Assembly (NCBI GenBank): GCA_913051865.1
Contig: CAJXHE010000002.1
Location: 8,828 to 72,827 of the forward strand
Direction: 5' to 3'
DNA: 64,000 bases
Source of the DNA: an uncultured Flavobacteriales bacterium
GTDB taxonomy: Bacteria; Bacteroidota; Bacteroidia; Flavobacteriales_D; Sanyastnellaceae
Every line of letters starts with the position of its first letter. The first letter of the stretch is position 1. The notes beneath the pieces were generated by a model that worked only from the letters and a program-made list of their open reading frames with translations, made no database searches and had not been told where the DNA came from. The translations under genes were made by a program, and so were the position numbers. This document shows positions 19,179 to 27,926 of this stretch, in pieces.

Positions 19179-20126
19179 ATGAAAAACTCATCTTTTTATA
19201 CCCCACTACTTCACGCATTTCTCCTGGCACTTACAATCACCAGTTGTGAGAAGTTTACGGACGGAGTGGTTCAAGAAATTCCCTTTCCGGACCACATCCC
19301 TGTGCTTACTGCGACACTCATTGTCAATGACCAGGACGATAAGATTTTTGCACAAATATCTAGCTCTGCTTCTGTCATAGATGCTGAAGGCCCTCAACCT
19401 GTTCAAGGCGCAGTGGTCACTTTAACTGACGAAGGCGGGCAAACGCTTTACACTTTATCCGAATCGGACTTCTACGACCCTTTATATCAATTAGATCTTG
19501 AAAACACCTTTGGGACGACTTCAGGGCAGATTACGCTCACAGTTGATGCTCCGGGTTTTGATCAGGTAACAGCCACCAATACCATGCCTTCAAAACCTAT
19601 GTTTGAGGTAAATTATGAATATCAAGGTGACTCAACATCATCCCCCTGGGGTGGTCCGTCGATTCAAGATGTGTACACGATTAATTTCGACAACAACTTG
19701 GGCGTGAAGAAGAACTATTTAATTCATATTGATGCACTCTATCAAGACACTGAAACGGGCAACGAGGAATGGATGGCAATGTATTTTCAAACAAGAACAG
19801 ACCCTCGTATTACACGTCTTACAAGTCAAGATGAATCTTCTGTCATTATGGTTTCAGATGAAAGTTCTTCTTCTGCAGTTTCTGCATTACACGATGTCCA
19901 AATCTTAACAAAGTCCATTCCAGAAGCGTCTGAATGGGCACCGATTTCAACAAGAGTAAGAGTTGAATCTCTCAGCCCAGAGCTGGCCAGTTATTATTTA
20001 AGTGTGGATTCATATTTATCTGGAGGTTCAGATTTCTTTGCAGAACCTTCACTTTTGTATTCGAATGTAAGTAGCGGATTTGGGTGCTTTGGGCTCTCAA
20101 GTCAGACGATTATTGAGATCGATTAG
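19179..20126 (+). CDS. DUF4249-like lipoprotein, a common partner of this receptor class
   Basis: Start at the ATG at 19179 gives a lipoprotein signal (LALTITSC). Size and position immediately after the receptor stop fit the recurrent receptor plus DUF4249 pair in Bacteroidota. Confidence 0.6.
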   Translation: MKNSSFYTPLLHAFLLALTITSCEKFTDGVVQEIPFPDHIPVLTATLIVNDQDDKIFAQISSSASVIDAEGPQPVQGAVVTLTDEGGQTLYTLSESDFYDPLYQLDLENTFGTTSGQITLTVDAPGFDQVTATNTMPSKPMFEVNYEYQGDSTSSPWGGPSIQDVYTINFDNNLGVKKNYLIHIDALYQDTETGNEEWMAMYFQTRTDPRITRLTSQDESSVIMVSDESSSSAVSALHDVQILTKSIPEASEWAPISTRVRVESLSPELASYYLSVDSYLSGGSDFFAEPSLLYSNVSSGFGCFGLSSQTIIEID

Positions 20127-20433
20127 ATTGAGGTTTTGTCAAGATATTCTTTAGGCTATATTTTTTGAGATCACAGACTTCACGCTTCAATAATAGCGAC
20201 TTAAAAATACCTCACGTTTTATTATTCTGAGTCTTGGCCATCTGTCTTCTTGTTTCTAAAATGAGAAATATTCTACCATCATGATGCAAGGATGGATTTG
20301 TAAAGAATTCACTTTAGACGCTGTTTAGTTTCTTTATAACTGAATGTCTTTGGTGCCTATTTATGAAGATAAATAAGCAATGGTTAAGCGCAACTTATTA
20401 TTAAGAATGAATCTAAATACCTCTTTTGTGGTA

Positions 20434-20465
20434 TTGTGCAGACATTAAATCCAAACATATATTTG
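20434..20465 (+). promoter_or_regulatory. Candidate promoter of the DUF4856/imelysin/HTTM/receptor module
   Basis: TATATTTG at 20458-20465 matches the -7 consensus TAnnTTTG. A TTG at 20434-20436 lies 21 nt upstream. The start codon is at 20494. Confidence 0.35.
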
Positions 20466-20493
20466 CCGAAAATTAATACAAATAAATAAGATA

Positions 20494-21675
20494 ATGAAAT
20501 TTACAATAGACACCATAATGGGCGTTGTTTTAATGGTAATAGCGATGACCTTCTTCACGTCATGTAACCCTGATAAGACGGGCTGTACTGATCCTGTAGC
20601 TACAAACTATGATGACAATGCGGAAGATGATGACGGTTCTTGTAGTTACGATTTGACAGTGCCTGTAGACTATACATTTGTTGATAACAACGGTTTCAGT
20701 ACTGTGAGTTTTTCAGGCCAACATCAGAGATTAAACATGTTGTCTGAAATGACCACTTACATGAAGACTGCAAATGGAGGAGCCGTTGTCGATGGCGCAA
20801 CACTCATCAATATGTTTGGCAATGAATCACACACATGGGATGATTGTGACAACCTAGAAATGACAGGTTCATCAAAGCAATTAAGGAGCAAGACAGTCGG
20901 GGGAGATCCAGAAACGGTTGCTCAGTTCGAAGGTTGGATGAACGAGTTAGGGGCCGCTTCTAATGGTGAGTTAGAAGGAGCGGGTGTAGTCACTTCGAAT
21001 GATGGCACAAAATCATACATGCAAAATGCAATGGGTTATGAATGGACTCAGTTGATTGAAAAAGGTCTCATGGGAGCTTGCTTCTATTACAACATCTCGC
21101 AGGTTTATTTGGGTGATGGTAAAATGAACGTAGCGAACGATGATGCAGACCCTAGTGCTGAAGACTATTACACAACAATGGAACATCATTGGGATGAAGC
21201 TTATGGATATTTCACATCCATTTCTGAGTGTATTAACAATGACAGGTTTTGGTTGAAGTATGCAACGGACATCAACCTCAACTCTAGAAACTCAATGGAC
21301 GTAATTGATCTTGCTTTCAGGACAGGACGAGCGGCAATATCCTCTGACATGTTACCTGTAAGAGATGTGCAAATCCAAATCATTCGTGAAGAACTTGAGC
21401 TTGTTTGTGGTGCAATCGCGATACATTATATTAATGGAGCCATTGAAAACATTGGGGACGATGCCATTAGAAATCATGAGTTATCTGAGGCAAAAGCCTT
21501 TATCATGTCCCTCCCTTATGGAGAAAACACGATGGTTAGTTTGGCCGATGCAAATTCCATTCAAAGTACCATAGGCGACAACTTTTACAACGTAACAACA
21601 GCTTCTTTGATTGAAGCAAGATCACAATTGGCGAGCTACTTAGGCATATCGTCTGCTGATGCCGAAAGTCTATAA
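20494..21675 (+). CDS. DUF4856-like lipoprotein (imelysin-associated)
   Basis: Lipobox FFTSC, then an N-terminal Cys-bracketed acidic module. Motifs such as EKGLMGACFYYN and HHWDEAYGYF match my recollection of DUF4856 proteins found beside imelysin genes. Confidence 0.65.
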   Translation: MKFTIDTIMGVVLMVIAMTFFTSCNPDKTGCTDPVATNYDDNAEDDDGSCSYDLTVPVDYTFVDNNGFSTVSFSGQHQRLNMLSEMTTYMKTANGGAVVDGATLINMFGNESHTWDDCDNLEMTGSSKQLRSKTVGGDPETVAQFEGWMNELGAASNGELEGAGVVTSNDGTKSYMQNAMGYEWTQLIEKGLMGACFYYNISQVYLGDGKMNVANDDADPSAEDYYTTMEHHWDEAYGYFTSISECINNDRFWLKYATDINLNSRNSMDVIDLAFRTGRAAISSDMLPVRDVQIQIIREELELVCGAIAIHYINGAIENIGDDAIRNHELSEAKAFIMSLPYGENTMVSLADANSIQSTIGDNFYNVTTASLIEARSQLASYLGISSADAESL

Positions 21676-21697
21676 AAACAACTTAACCATATCATTG

Positions 21698-22852
21698 ATG
21701 TTTATCAAACAAATACCCTTTTTAAAGGCAGAACGACTCACCAGTCGTTCTGCTTTTAATGTTTTATTGACGTTAGTGTTCTCAGTGACAATTGCCAGCT
21801 GTGTTCCTGACGTTGACGACAATAACAGTACGAATTTTGACAGGTCTGAATTGTTGAACAATTATTCTGACAACATTGTCATTCCTGCATATGAAGAATA
21901 TGTTGCTTCAACAAACAACCTATTAACTGTTATTAATGACTTTGCGTTGTCACCAGCGGACAATAGTAAGCTTTTAACATGCATTGAGCAATTAAAGATT
22001 GTGAGTTTAAAATGGCAGCTTGCTTCATTGTTCGACTTTGGCCCTGCGTCAGATTATGCACTTTTAGAGTTCACAAATTCCTATCCAACAAGTACGGGTG
22101 ACATTGAATTGTCAATCGGAGCTGAAAACTGGATAGCAGGTCAAGCAAGTAACATTGATAATGTAGGTTTGCCTGCGCTTGACTATTTGCTAAATGAAGA
22201 AGGGGCCATGGATAAATTAAACGCGAATCCAGCAAGAGTATCGCATCTGGTTAGACAAGCTGAATTCCTCAACGAACAAGGCGAATTGGTTTTAGAAACC
22301 TGGCAATCCTCATATCAATCAAATTTTGTATCAATGACAGGGACAGAAATGGGCAGCTCGATTGGTGCAATTCTCAATGCCTTCAACAGGGTCTTTGAAG
22401 CAAATATTCGAAAGCAAAAACTCGGTTTACCATCAGGAGTAAGCACCTTCTCGGGCAATCCTTTGCCAGGCCATGTAGAAGCCAAATACGCCAATTATTG
22501 GAGCATTGATTTGCTCTATGAAGCCCTGCTATCGATTGAAAAGGTATATATGGGGAATTCCTCTTCCTCTAATCCCATAGACATGGAAGGAGTGGGTTTT
22601 GATGATTATCTGATCTCTCTAGGTGATGAAGCCTTTGGACAAGGCCTTAACAATGATATTATAGCCCAAATTCAATCTTCAAAAGAGGCTGTTTTATCAT
22701 TGGATGATCCACTCTCTGAATTTGTATTAACAAACCAAGAAACGTGTCTCTCAGTATACAGTGAACTTCAAGCGCTTGTTGTCTTGTTTAAAGTTGACAT
22801 GATGTCATCTTTAGGTGTTCTCATTACCTACCAAGACAATGATGGTGATTAA
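21698..22852 (+). CDS. Imelysin-like lipoprotein (EfeO/IrpA-related fold)
   Basis: The start at 21698 (MFIKQ...) gives a lipoprotein signal (VTIASC). The two-lobed helical sequence includes the GLPALDYLL motif typical of imelysin-like proteins. The listed start at 21659 would overlap the previous gene. Confidence 0.7.
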   Translation: MFIKQIPFLKAERLTSRSAFNVLLTLVFSVTIASCVPDVDDNNSTNFDRSELLNNYSDNIVIPAYEEYVASTNNLLTVINDFALSPADNSKLLTCIEQLKIVSLKWQLASLFDFGPASDYALLEFTNSYPTSTGDIELSIGAENWIAGQASNIDNVGLPALDYLLNEEGAMDKLNANPARVSHLVRQAEFLNEQGELVLETWQSSYQSNFVSMTGTEMGSSIGAILNAFNRVFEANIRKQKLGLPSGVSTFSGNPLPGHVEAKYANYWSIDLLYEALLSIEKVYMGNSSSSNPIDMEGVGFDDYLISLGDEAFGQGLNNDIIAQIQSSKEAVLSLDDPLSEFVLTNQETCLSVYSELQALVVLFKVDMMSSLGVLITYQDNDGD

Positions 22853-24153
22853 TGATTGACTCAGCACCATTAATTACGCTTAGACGATTATTTGGCGCAC
22901 TCGTCATCTTTAGTACACTGCGATTTATTTTCAACGGATGGATAGATTGTCAGATTCTTGATCCACTGGTCACATTTCCTTTTGAAGGTTTTGAATGGCT
23001 ACCTAGACCAAGCAGGTTTGGTGCTTATACACTTTTTGCGGGCATGTTGATCGGAGGAGTATCCATCATGACAGGGAAAGTTTACAAAGTAGGATGCTTG
23101 GTGTTTTTTCTTTGCTTTACATATGTTGAGTTATTAGATAAAAGTAATTATTTAAATCATTATTACTTTGTGTCGCTCATGTCATTTCTGTTGTGTTTTT
23201 TGCCAGCCAACAAGCCAAGGTTGAAAGTCCATGCCTATCTGCTTTCGACATGTAAGCTTTTAATTGTCATGGTGTACTTTTTTGCGGGACTTGCAAAACT
23301 GAATGGAGACTGGCTTTTTCATGCTCAGCCGCTAACACTTTGGTTGCCCCAGCACAGTGACTTTCCATTGCTAGGTTCTTTATTTCAGTATAGAGAAACT
23401 GCATATGTGTTTAGTTGGTTTGGAGCGATTTTCGATCTAGCGACACCTTTTGCACTGTTCTCAAATCATGCTCGGAAGTATTTTTACCCACTGTTGGTGT
23501 GTTTTCATATCCTCACGTGGTTGCTTTTCCCAATTGGCATCTTCCCATGGGTTATGATAGCTTGTACAACTGTTTTTTTCACAGCAAAGAGCCACAGAAG
23601 ATTTTGGAATTATTTTAAAAAATTTAACCTCGACCTTCCTGATTCAGTCATCAACCCTGCGGAACCTAAGTCATATAAAAAGGTTTTTGCGATCGTATTT
23701 CTTACGATTCAATTTGTCTTCCCCGTAAGACATCTGATGTATTCTGGCAATTATTTATGGCACGAAGCAGGATACAGATTTGGATGGCGGGTGATGTTAA
23801 TTGAAAAATCGGGGTGGGCAAATTTTTTCGTCATTCATTCAAAAGGAAATAAACAAGAAGTGAATCTTTCATCGTGGTTGACAAAAAACCAAGAAAAAAT
23901 GGTCAGTACTCAACCAGATATGATTGTCCAGTTTGCCCATCATTTATCTGACTACTGGAGGGATAGTCTTCATCAAGACATTGCAGTCAATGCTGAAGTT
24001 TGGGTGAGTTTAAATGGAAGACGTTCTCAGCTATTTGTGGACCCCAACATTGATCTCTCATCAATCAATAATACTTGGGCTCAAAGATCGTACGTCATCC
24101 CCATGGATTCAGTAATTTCGCACTCTCAATTCCAGAGCCTTGATGATGATTAA
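22852..24153 (+). CDS. HTTM-domain polytopic membrane protein (vitamin K-dependent gamma-carboxylase-like membrane domain)
   Basis: 433 aa. The N-terminal ~280 aa have multiple TM helices and resemble the HTTM pattern (LFGALVIFSTLRFI...GW...; FFAGLAKLNGDWL). The start overlaps the imelysin stop (TAATG). Confidence 0.7.
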   Translation: MIDSAPLITLRRLFGALVIFSTLRFIFNGWIDCQILDPLVTFPFEGFEWLPRPSRFGAYTLFAGMLIGGVSIMTGKVYKVGCLVFFLCFTYVELLDKSNYLNHYYFVSLMSFLLCFLPANKPRLKVHAYLLSTCKLLIVMVYFFAGLAKLNGDWLFHAQPLTLWLPQHSDFPLLGSLFQYRETAYVFSWFGAIFDLATPFALFSNHARKYFYPLLVCFHILTWLLFPIGIFPWVMIACTTVFFTAKSHRRFWNYFKKFNLDLPDSVINPAEPKSYKKVFAIVFLTIQFVFPVRHLMYSGNYLWHEAGYRFGWRVMLIEKSGWANFFVIHSKGNKQEVNLSSWLTKNQEKMVSTQPDMIVQFAHHLSDYWRDSLHQDIAVNAEVWVSLNGRRSQLFVDPNIDLSSINNTWAQRSYVIPMDSVISHSQFQSLDDD

Positions 24154-26626
24154 AAAAATATTATTGATATGTTGTTTCATATCACTGGCATCATCTAAGT
24201 TATTCTGTCAAGATGCTTTCATTACTGGCAGAGTGTCAAGTTCGGATCAACGGTCTCTTGAGGGCGTAAAATTGGTTCTATCCTCTACAGTTACAAATCA
24301 AGCGTATGTTTTGTTCACGAATGCTGACGGAACATTTACCCTTGATCAGGAAAAAGGAACTCCTGATAGTTTATTTTTCCCAATCAATATACAATTATCG
24401 AGTATAGGGTTTGTAAGTATGGACACGACCATTGTCAGAGGTGTCAATGGCCCCATTGAATTGGTGGTTAAGCCGATGTCTTACATTCTGCCAAAAGCTG
24501 AAATAGAGTCTCAGGATGATGGTGATTTGGTTTGGATGAATTCAATCCACGAAGGAAGTATTTATAGAGGGATTAAAAGCAGTCAAATAAATCTTGAGAA
24601 GGAGATTGTTGTGCCAGGAGAAGTACAAGCGAGGGCAATATTTTCAAAAATTCCGGGAGTTAATATTTGGGAGAGTGATGCGGCTGGCCTTCAAATTGGT
24701 ATTGGGGTGAGAGGTTTAGACCCAAATAGAACATCACATTTAAGCGTACGCCAAAATGGATCTCCAATCGCTGCAGATCCATTGGGATATCCAGAGTCTT
24801 ATTACACGCCACCTTTAGAATCCGTGAATAAAATCGAATACGTTTCAGGTGCTGGTGCACTTCAGTATGGGTCTCAATTGGGTGGAATGCTCAACTTTGA
24901 TATTAAGAAAGGAGAGTATCAGTCGCCAGGCAAGCTTAGATTCATTTTAAGTGGTTCAGCATATGCGCCGAATAACGAATCTACTCATACAAATGCAAAT
25001 GTTTTTCTCGATCACACTGCAGGAAACAAAAACACATCTCATTATATATGTTTTGATTTAAAGGATGGCATTGGTTGGCGTAATAACACTGAATTTAATA
25101 GTTTAACAGCCATTGGCTCATTTTCACAAAGAATACTAACCTTATCCGGTGAGCTGGAATTGACTGAAGATATTACCATTATGAAGCGCACTGAGCATCA
25201 GCCAGGAGGTCTAACAGACACACAATTTAGTTCAAATCCGAGAGGCACAAACAGGGATAGAAATTGGTTTGAGGTTGAATGGAATGTCGGTCGTTTGGGC
25301 TTGAAATGGCGACCCGATGACAATTTATGGCGTTACAATGCATCCGTTTTCATTCTCAATGCCAAAAGAAAAGCCCTAGGCTTTTTAGGTACACCAAATA
25401 GAATTGACTTCTTAGAAAACAGAGACATGATATCTGCGGGTTTTTCCTCTGTGGGATTTGATCTTAGAGCTAGTCGAATCTGGGACAATATTGACAAAGA
25501 AAGCATCAATGCTTTGGTTGCAGGAATTCAAGGATATACAGGGAATACCATCATGAAACAAGGTCATGCTGATGCGACTGATTTGCCAAATTTTGAATAC
25601 CTGAACCCTGATGATTTAGAAGGGTCTGATTTCACACTGCCAAACAATCAGCTGTCGGCTTTTGTCCAAGGCATTTTAAGTCTTTCTACAAAGTTGTCAA
25701 TCACCCCTGGGTTAAGGTGGGAATTCATTGACACCAGGGCAAATGGCTGGTATAGAGAATATATCATTGATGGTGCTGGAAATATTATTGAAGATTCAAT
25801 TTTTACTTCAAACAGAGGTTTTCAGCGACACGTTGTGCTTCCAGGAATTGGCTTTTCATACAAGGCATTCCAAAATGTAGAATTCTATGGAAATGGAGTC
25901 GCTAATTTTAGAGCGATTAATTTCTCAGATATACAAATTAGAAATTTAGGCGTTGTCGTAGATCCAGACATCAATGATGAAAGAGGGTCTAATATAGATT
26001 TAGGCGTAAGAAGTAATTCTGGAGTTTTAAATTGTGACTTCAGTATGTTTATTCTTAATTACAATGATAAAATAGGACTGTATCCGACGACAATCCCTGA
26101 TCCAATTATTGTTGAAAAACCTGTTCTACTAAGAACAAATATTGCAAACGCCAGGACCTTGGGCCTCGAAGGTTTAATTCAGACAACATTGTTTGAACGT
26201 GATACATACAGCATGGGATTGTTGGTGAGTGCGTCCTTGATGAAAGGCTACTATATAAGTGGCGATAACGCGTTTTTCATAGGAAACCAAGTTGAGAATA
26301 TTCCCTCTGGAACATTTCGAGCTAAGGTCAGTTATATGTCCAATATGACACATTCGAGTCTTCAATGGAATTGGGTAGGTGCACAGTATACCGATGCGAC
26401 AAATGCCGAAAGAACCCCGAATGCGCTTTATGGAATCATTCCAGCGTATAATGTTTTAGATTTTTCGATCAGTCATTCGATATCTGAAAAAATAAAAGTT
26501 GGATTTAAATTTAACAATATTTTGAATGCCATGTACTTTACCAGAAGAGCTACAGGCTACCCTGGGCCGGGGATAATGCCCGCAGACGGAAGGAACATCA
26601 GAGTTTCTTTATTGTTTAATAACTGA
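24140..26626 (+). CDS. TonB-dependent receptor
   Basis: 828 aa. Signal peptide, a CarboxypepD_reg-like N-terminus (FITGRVSSSDQRSLEGVKLVL), plug motifs (GVNIWESDAAGLQIGIGVRGLDPNRTSHL) and a long barrel. It overlaps the end of the HTTM gene by 14 nt. Confidence 0.9.
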   Translation: MMMIKKILLICCFISLASSKLFCQDAFITGRVSSSDQRSLEGVKLVLSSTVTNQAYVLFTNADGTFTLDQEKGTPDSLFFPINIQLSSIGFVSMDTTIVRGVNGPIELVVKPMSYILPKAEIESQDDGDLVWMNSIHEGSIYRGIKSSQINLEKEIVVPGEVQARAIFSKIPGVNIWESDAAGLQIGIGVRGLDPNRTSHLSVRQNGSPIAADPLGYPESYYTPPLESVNKIEYVSGAGALQYGSQLGGMLNFDIKKGEYQSPGKLRFILSGSAYAPNNESTHTNANVFLDHTAGNKNTSHYICFDLKDGIGWRNNTEFNSLTAIGSFSQRILTLSGELELTEDITIMKRTEHQPGGLTDTQFSSNPRGTNRDRNWFEVEWNVGRLGLKWRPDDNLWRYNASVFILNAKRKALGFLGTPNRIDFLENRDMISAGFSSVGFDLRASRIWDNIDKESINALVAGIQGYTGNTIMKQGHADATDLPNFEYLNPDDLEGSDFTLPNNQLSAFVQGILSLSTKLSITPGLRWEFIDTRANGWYREYIIDGAGNIIEDSIFTSNRGFQRHVVLPGIGFSYKAFQNVEFYGNGVANFRAINFSDIQIRNLGVVVDPDINDERGSNIDLGVRSNSGVLNCDFSMFILNYNDKIGLYPTTIPDPIIVEKPVLLRTNIANARTLGLEGLIQTTLFERDTYSMGLLVSASLMKGYYISGDNAFFIGNQVENIPSGTFRAKVSYMSNMTHSSLQWNWVGAQYTDATNAERTPNALYGIIPAYNVLDFSISHSISEKIKVGFKFNNILNAMYFTRRATGYPGPGIMPADGRNIRVSLLFNN

Positions 26627-26696
26627 TAAGCATGCTGACTAGCGTTAGGTTTAATCGCTTGCAAATACGAGGCTTCTCGTTATTGATCTTTCTTTG

Positions 26697-27875
26697 TTAA
26701 TGTTGACGCTTCCGCCTTGCGATTTCGGCCTGAATCAGCATGAGCTCCCGTGAAGTTTGGCCTGCGACGGAAGTATTCTCCTTGGCCCGACGAATGAGAT
26801 ATGGCATCGCCTCTCGAATGGGCCCGTACGGGACGTATTTTGCAACATTATAGCCTTGTGAGGCAAGGTTAAACGTAATGGGGTCACTCATCCCCAGGAG
26901 TTGAGAAAAAGTAATTCGTTTGTCGTCTGCTGAAATCCCCCTTTTCATCATCATTTCACAGAGTTTTAAATTGCTTTCCTCATTATGTGTTCCACAAAAT
27001 AGATTGACCCTGTCGAGGTTGTCTAGGCAAAATTCAACAGCGGAATTGAAATCAGCGTCTGTCGCCGCTTTATCCACTTGAATAGGTGAGGGATAAGCAT
27101 ATTTCTCTGCGCGTTGCCGCTCTTTTTCCATATATGCCCCTCTGACCACTTTCACACCAACAATAAAGTCTGCTTCTTTTGCGCGAAAAGCGAGTCCTTT
27201 TATGAAGTCGAGCCGGTCATGCCTGTAAAATTGCGCTGTGGTAAAGACAACAGCTCTGTCGCGATTGAAGTCGGACATCATGTCTTCGGCTAATTTGTCG
27301 ATTGAATCCTGAATCCATGTTTCCTCAGCATCGATTAAAACGCTTCCGCCTGCTTCAGCTGTGGCGGCACAAATTGAACGGACTCTTCGAACCACTCTCT
27401 CCCAGGCCTCTTGTTCTTGAGCGGTGAATTTTGAAGCATCTTTTTCGAGGATGGAATTGTGAGAAAGCCCACTGGGTTTAAACACTGAAAAAGCATGGCG
27501 AGGGTCTTGAGATGCCGCATTCACCGTTTTTAAAATTTCAGCACACGTCATATCGAGCTCTTCTTCTGCATCAACGCCTTCTGCACTGTAGTCAAGAATG
27601 GTCTTGACGTTTCTGGTAGACAGCAACGCAATTGTTCCCTCGGATTCAGCAACATCCTCACCTCCACAAAATTGTGCATACACTGTAGGCCGAATCGCCC
27701 AACCAATGGGTAAGTTTATAAACAGAGCCAATCGCGCAAAAAAGCTTCCTATTGCGACCAGCCATGGTCGGCTTAATAGCTCAAACAGCAATCTTCCACG
27801 ACTTAAATCCCTGTCAGACAAATGACGGAATGCGCGTTCTGTATCTCTGAAATCGGGCAGGTTTTTATTGCTCAT
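26697..27875 (-). CDS. Proline dehydrogenase, monofunctional
   Basis: TIM-barrel ProDH motifs (VKVVRGAY, GTHNEES, QLLGMSD, YVPYGP...YLIRRAKENTS). I prefer the start at the ATG at 27875 (MSNKN...) because a TAnnTTTG box lies inside the 45-nt upstream extension. Confidence 0.85.
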   Translation of the reverse strand: MSNKNLPDFRDTERAFRHLSDRDLSRGRLLFELLSRPWLVAIGSFFARLALFINLPIGWAIRPTVYAQFCGGEDVAESEGTIALLSTRNVKTILDYSAEGVDAEEELDMTCAEILKTVNAASQDPRHAFSVFKPSGLSHNSILEKDASKFTAQEQEAWERVVRRVRSICAATAEAGGSVLIDAEETWIQDSIDKLAEDMMSDFNRDRAVVFTTAQFYRHDRLDFIKGLAFRAKEADFIVGVKVVRGAYMEKERQRAEKYAYPSPIQVDKAATDADFNSAVEFCLDNLDRVNLFCGTHNEESNLKLCEMMMKRGISADDKRITFSQLLGMSDPITFNLASQGYNVAKYVPYGPIREAMPYLIRRAKENTSVAGQTSRELMLIQAEIARRKRQH

Positions 27876-27890
27876 CTTTTTCAATAGTTG

Positions 27891-27898
27891 CAAAGATA
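27891..27898 (-). promoter_or_regulatory. Candidate -7 box (TATCTTTG on the minus strand) for the proline dehydrogenase gene
   Basis: The reverse complement of caaagata is TATCTTTG, which matches TAnnTTTG. It lies 15 nt upstream of the ATG at 27875. Confidence 0.3.
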
Positions 27899-27926
27899 GG
27901 TAGGCTCCCCCTTTGTACATTTGACC

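Noticed and set aside
20490-20508. Fur box overlapping the start codon of the DUF4856-like gene
   Set aside because: It matches only 13 of 19 positions of the enterobacterial consensus, in an AT-rich background where such matches are expected by chance. I kept it only as a note within the intergenic-region finding, not as a called site.
26667-26680. Small hairpin ACGAG-GCTT-CTCGT between the convergent TonB-dependent receptor and proDH genes, considered as a terminator
   Set aside because: The stem is only 5 bp. The downstream tract is only moderately T-rich on the plus strand and not T-rich on the minus strand. That is too weak to call.
27876-27926. Longest-ORF starts that make the proDH and dipeptidase genes abut with zero spacing
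   Set aside because: The internal ATGs at 27875 and 27927 leave room for a TAnnTTTG box. The extra residues (MYKGGAYLSLQLLKK on proDH, and MT from the TTG at 27921 on the dipeptidase) are not family-like.
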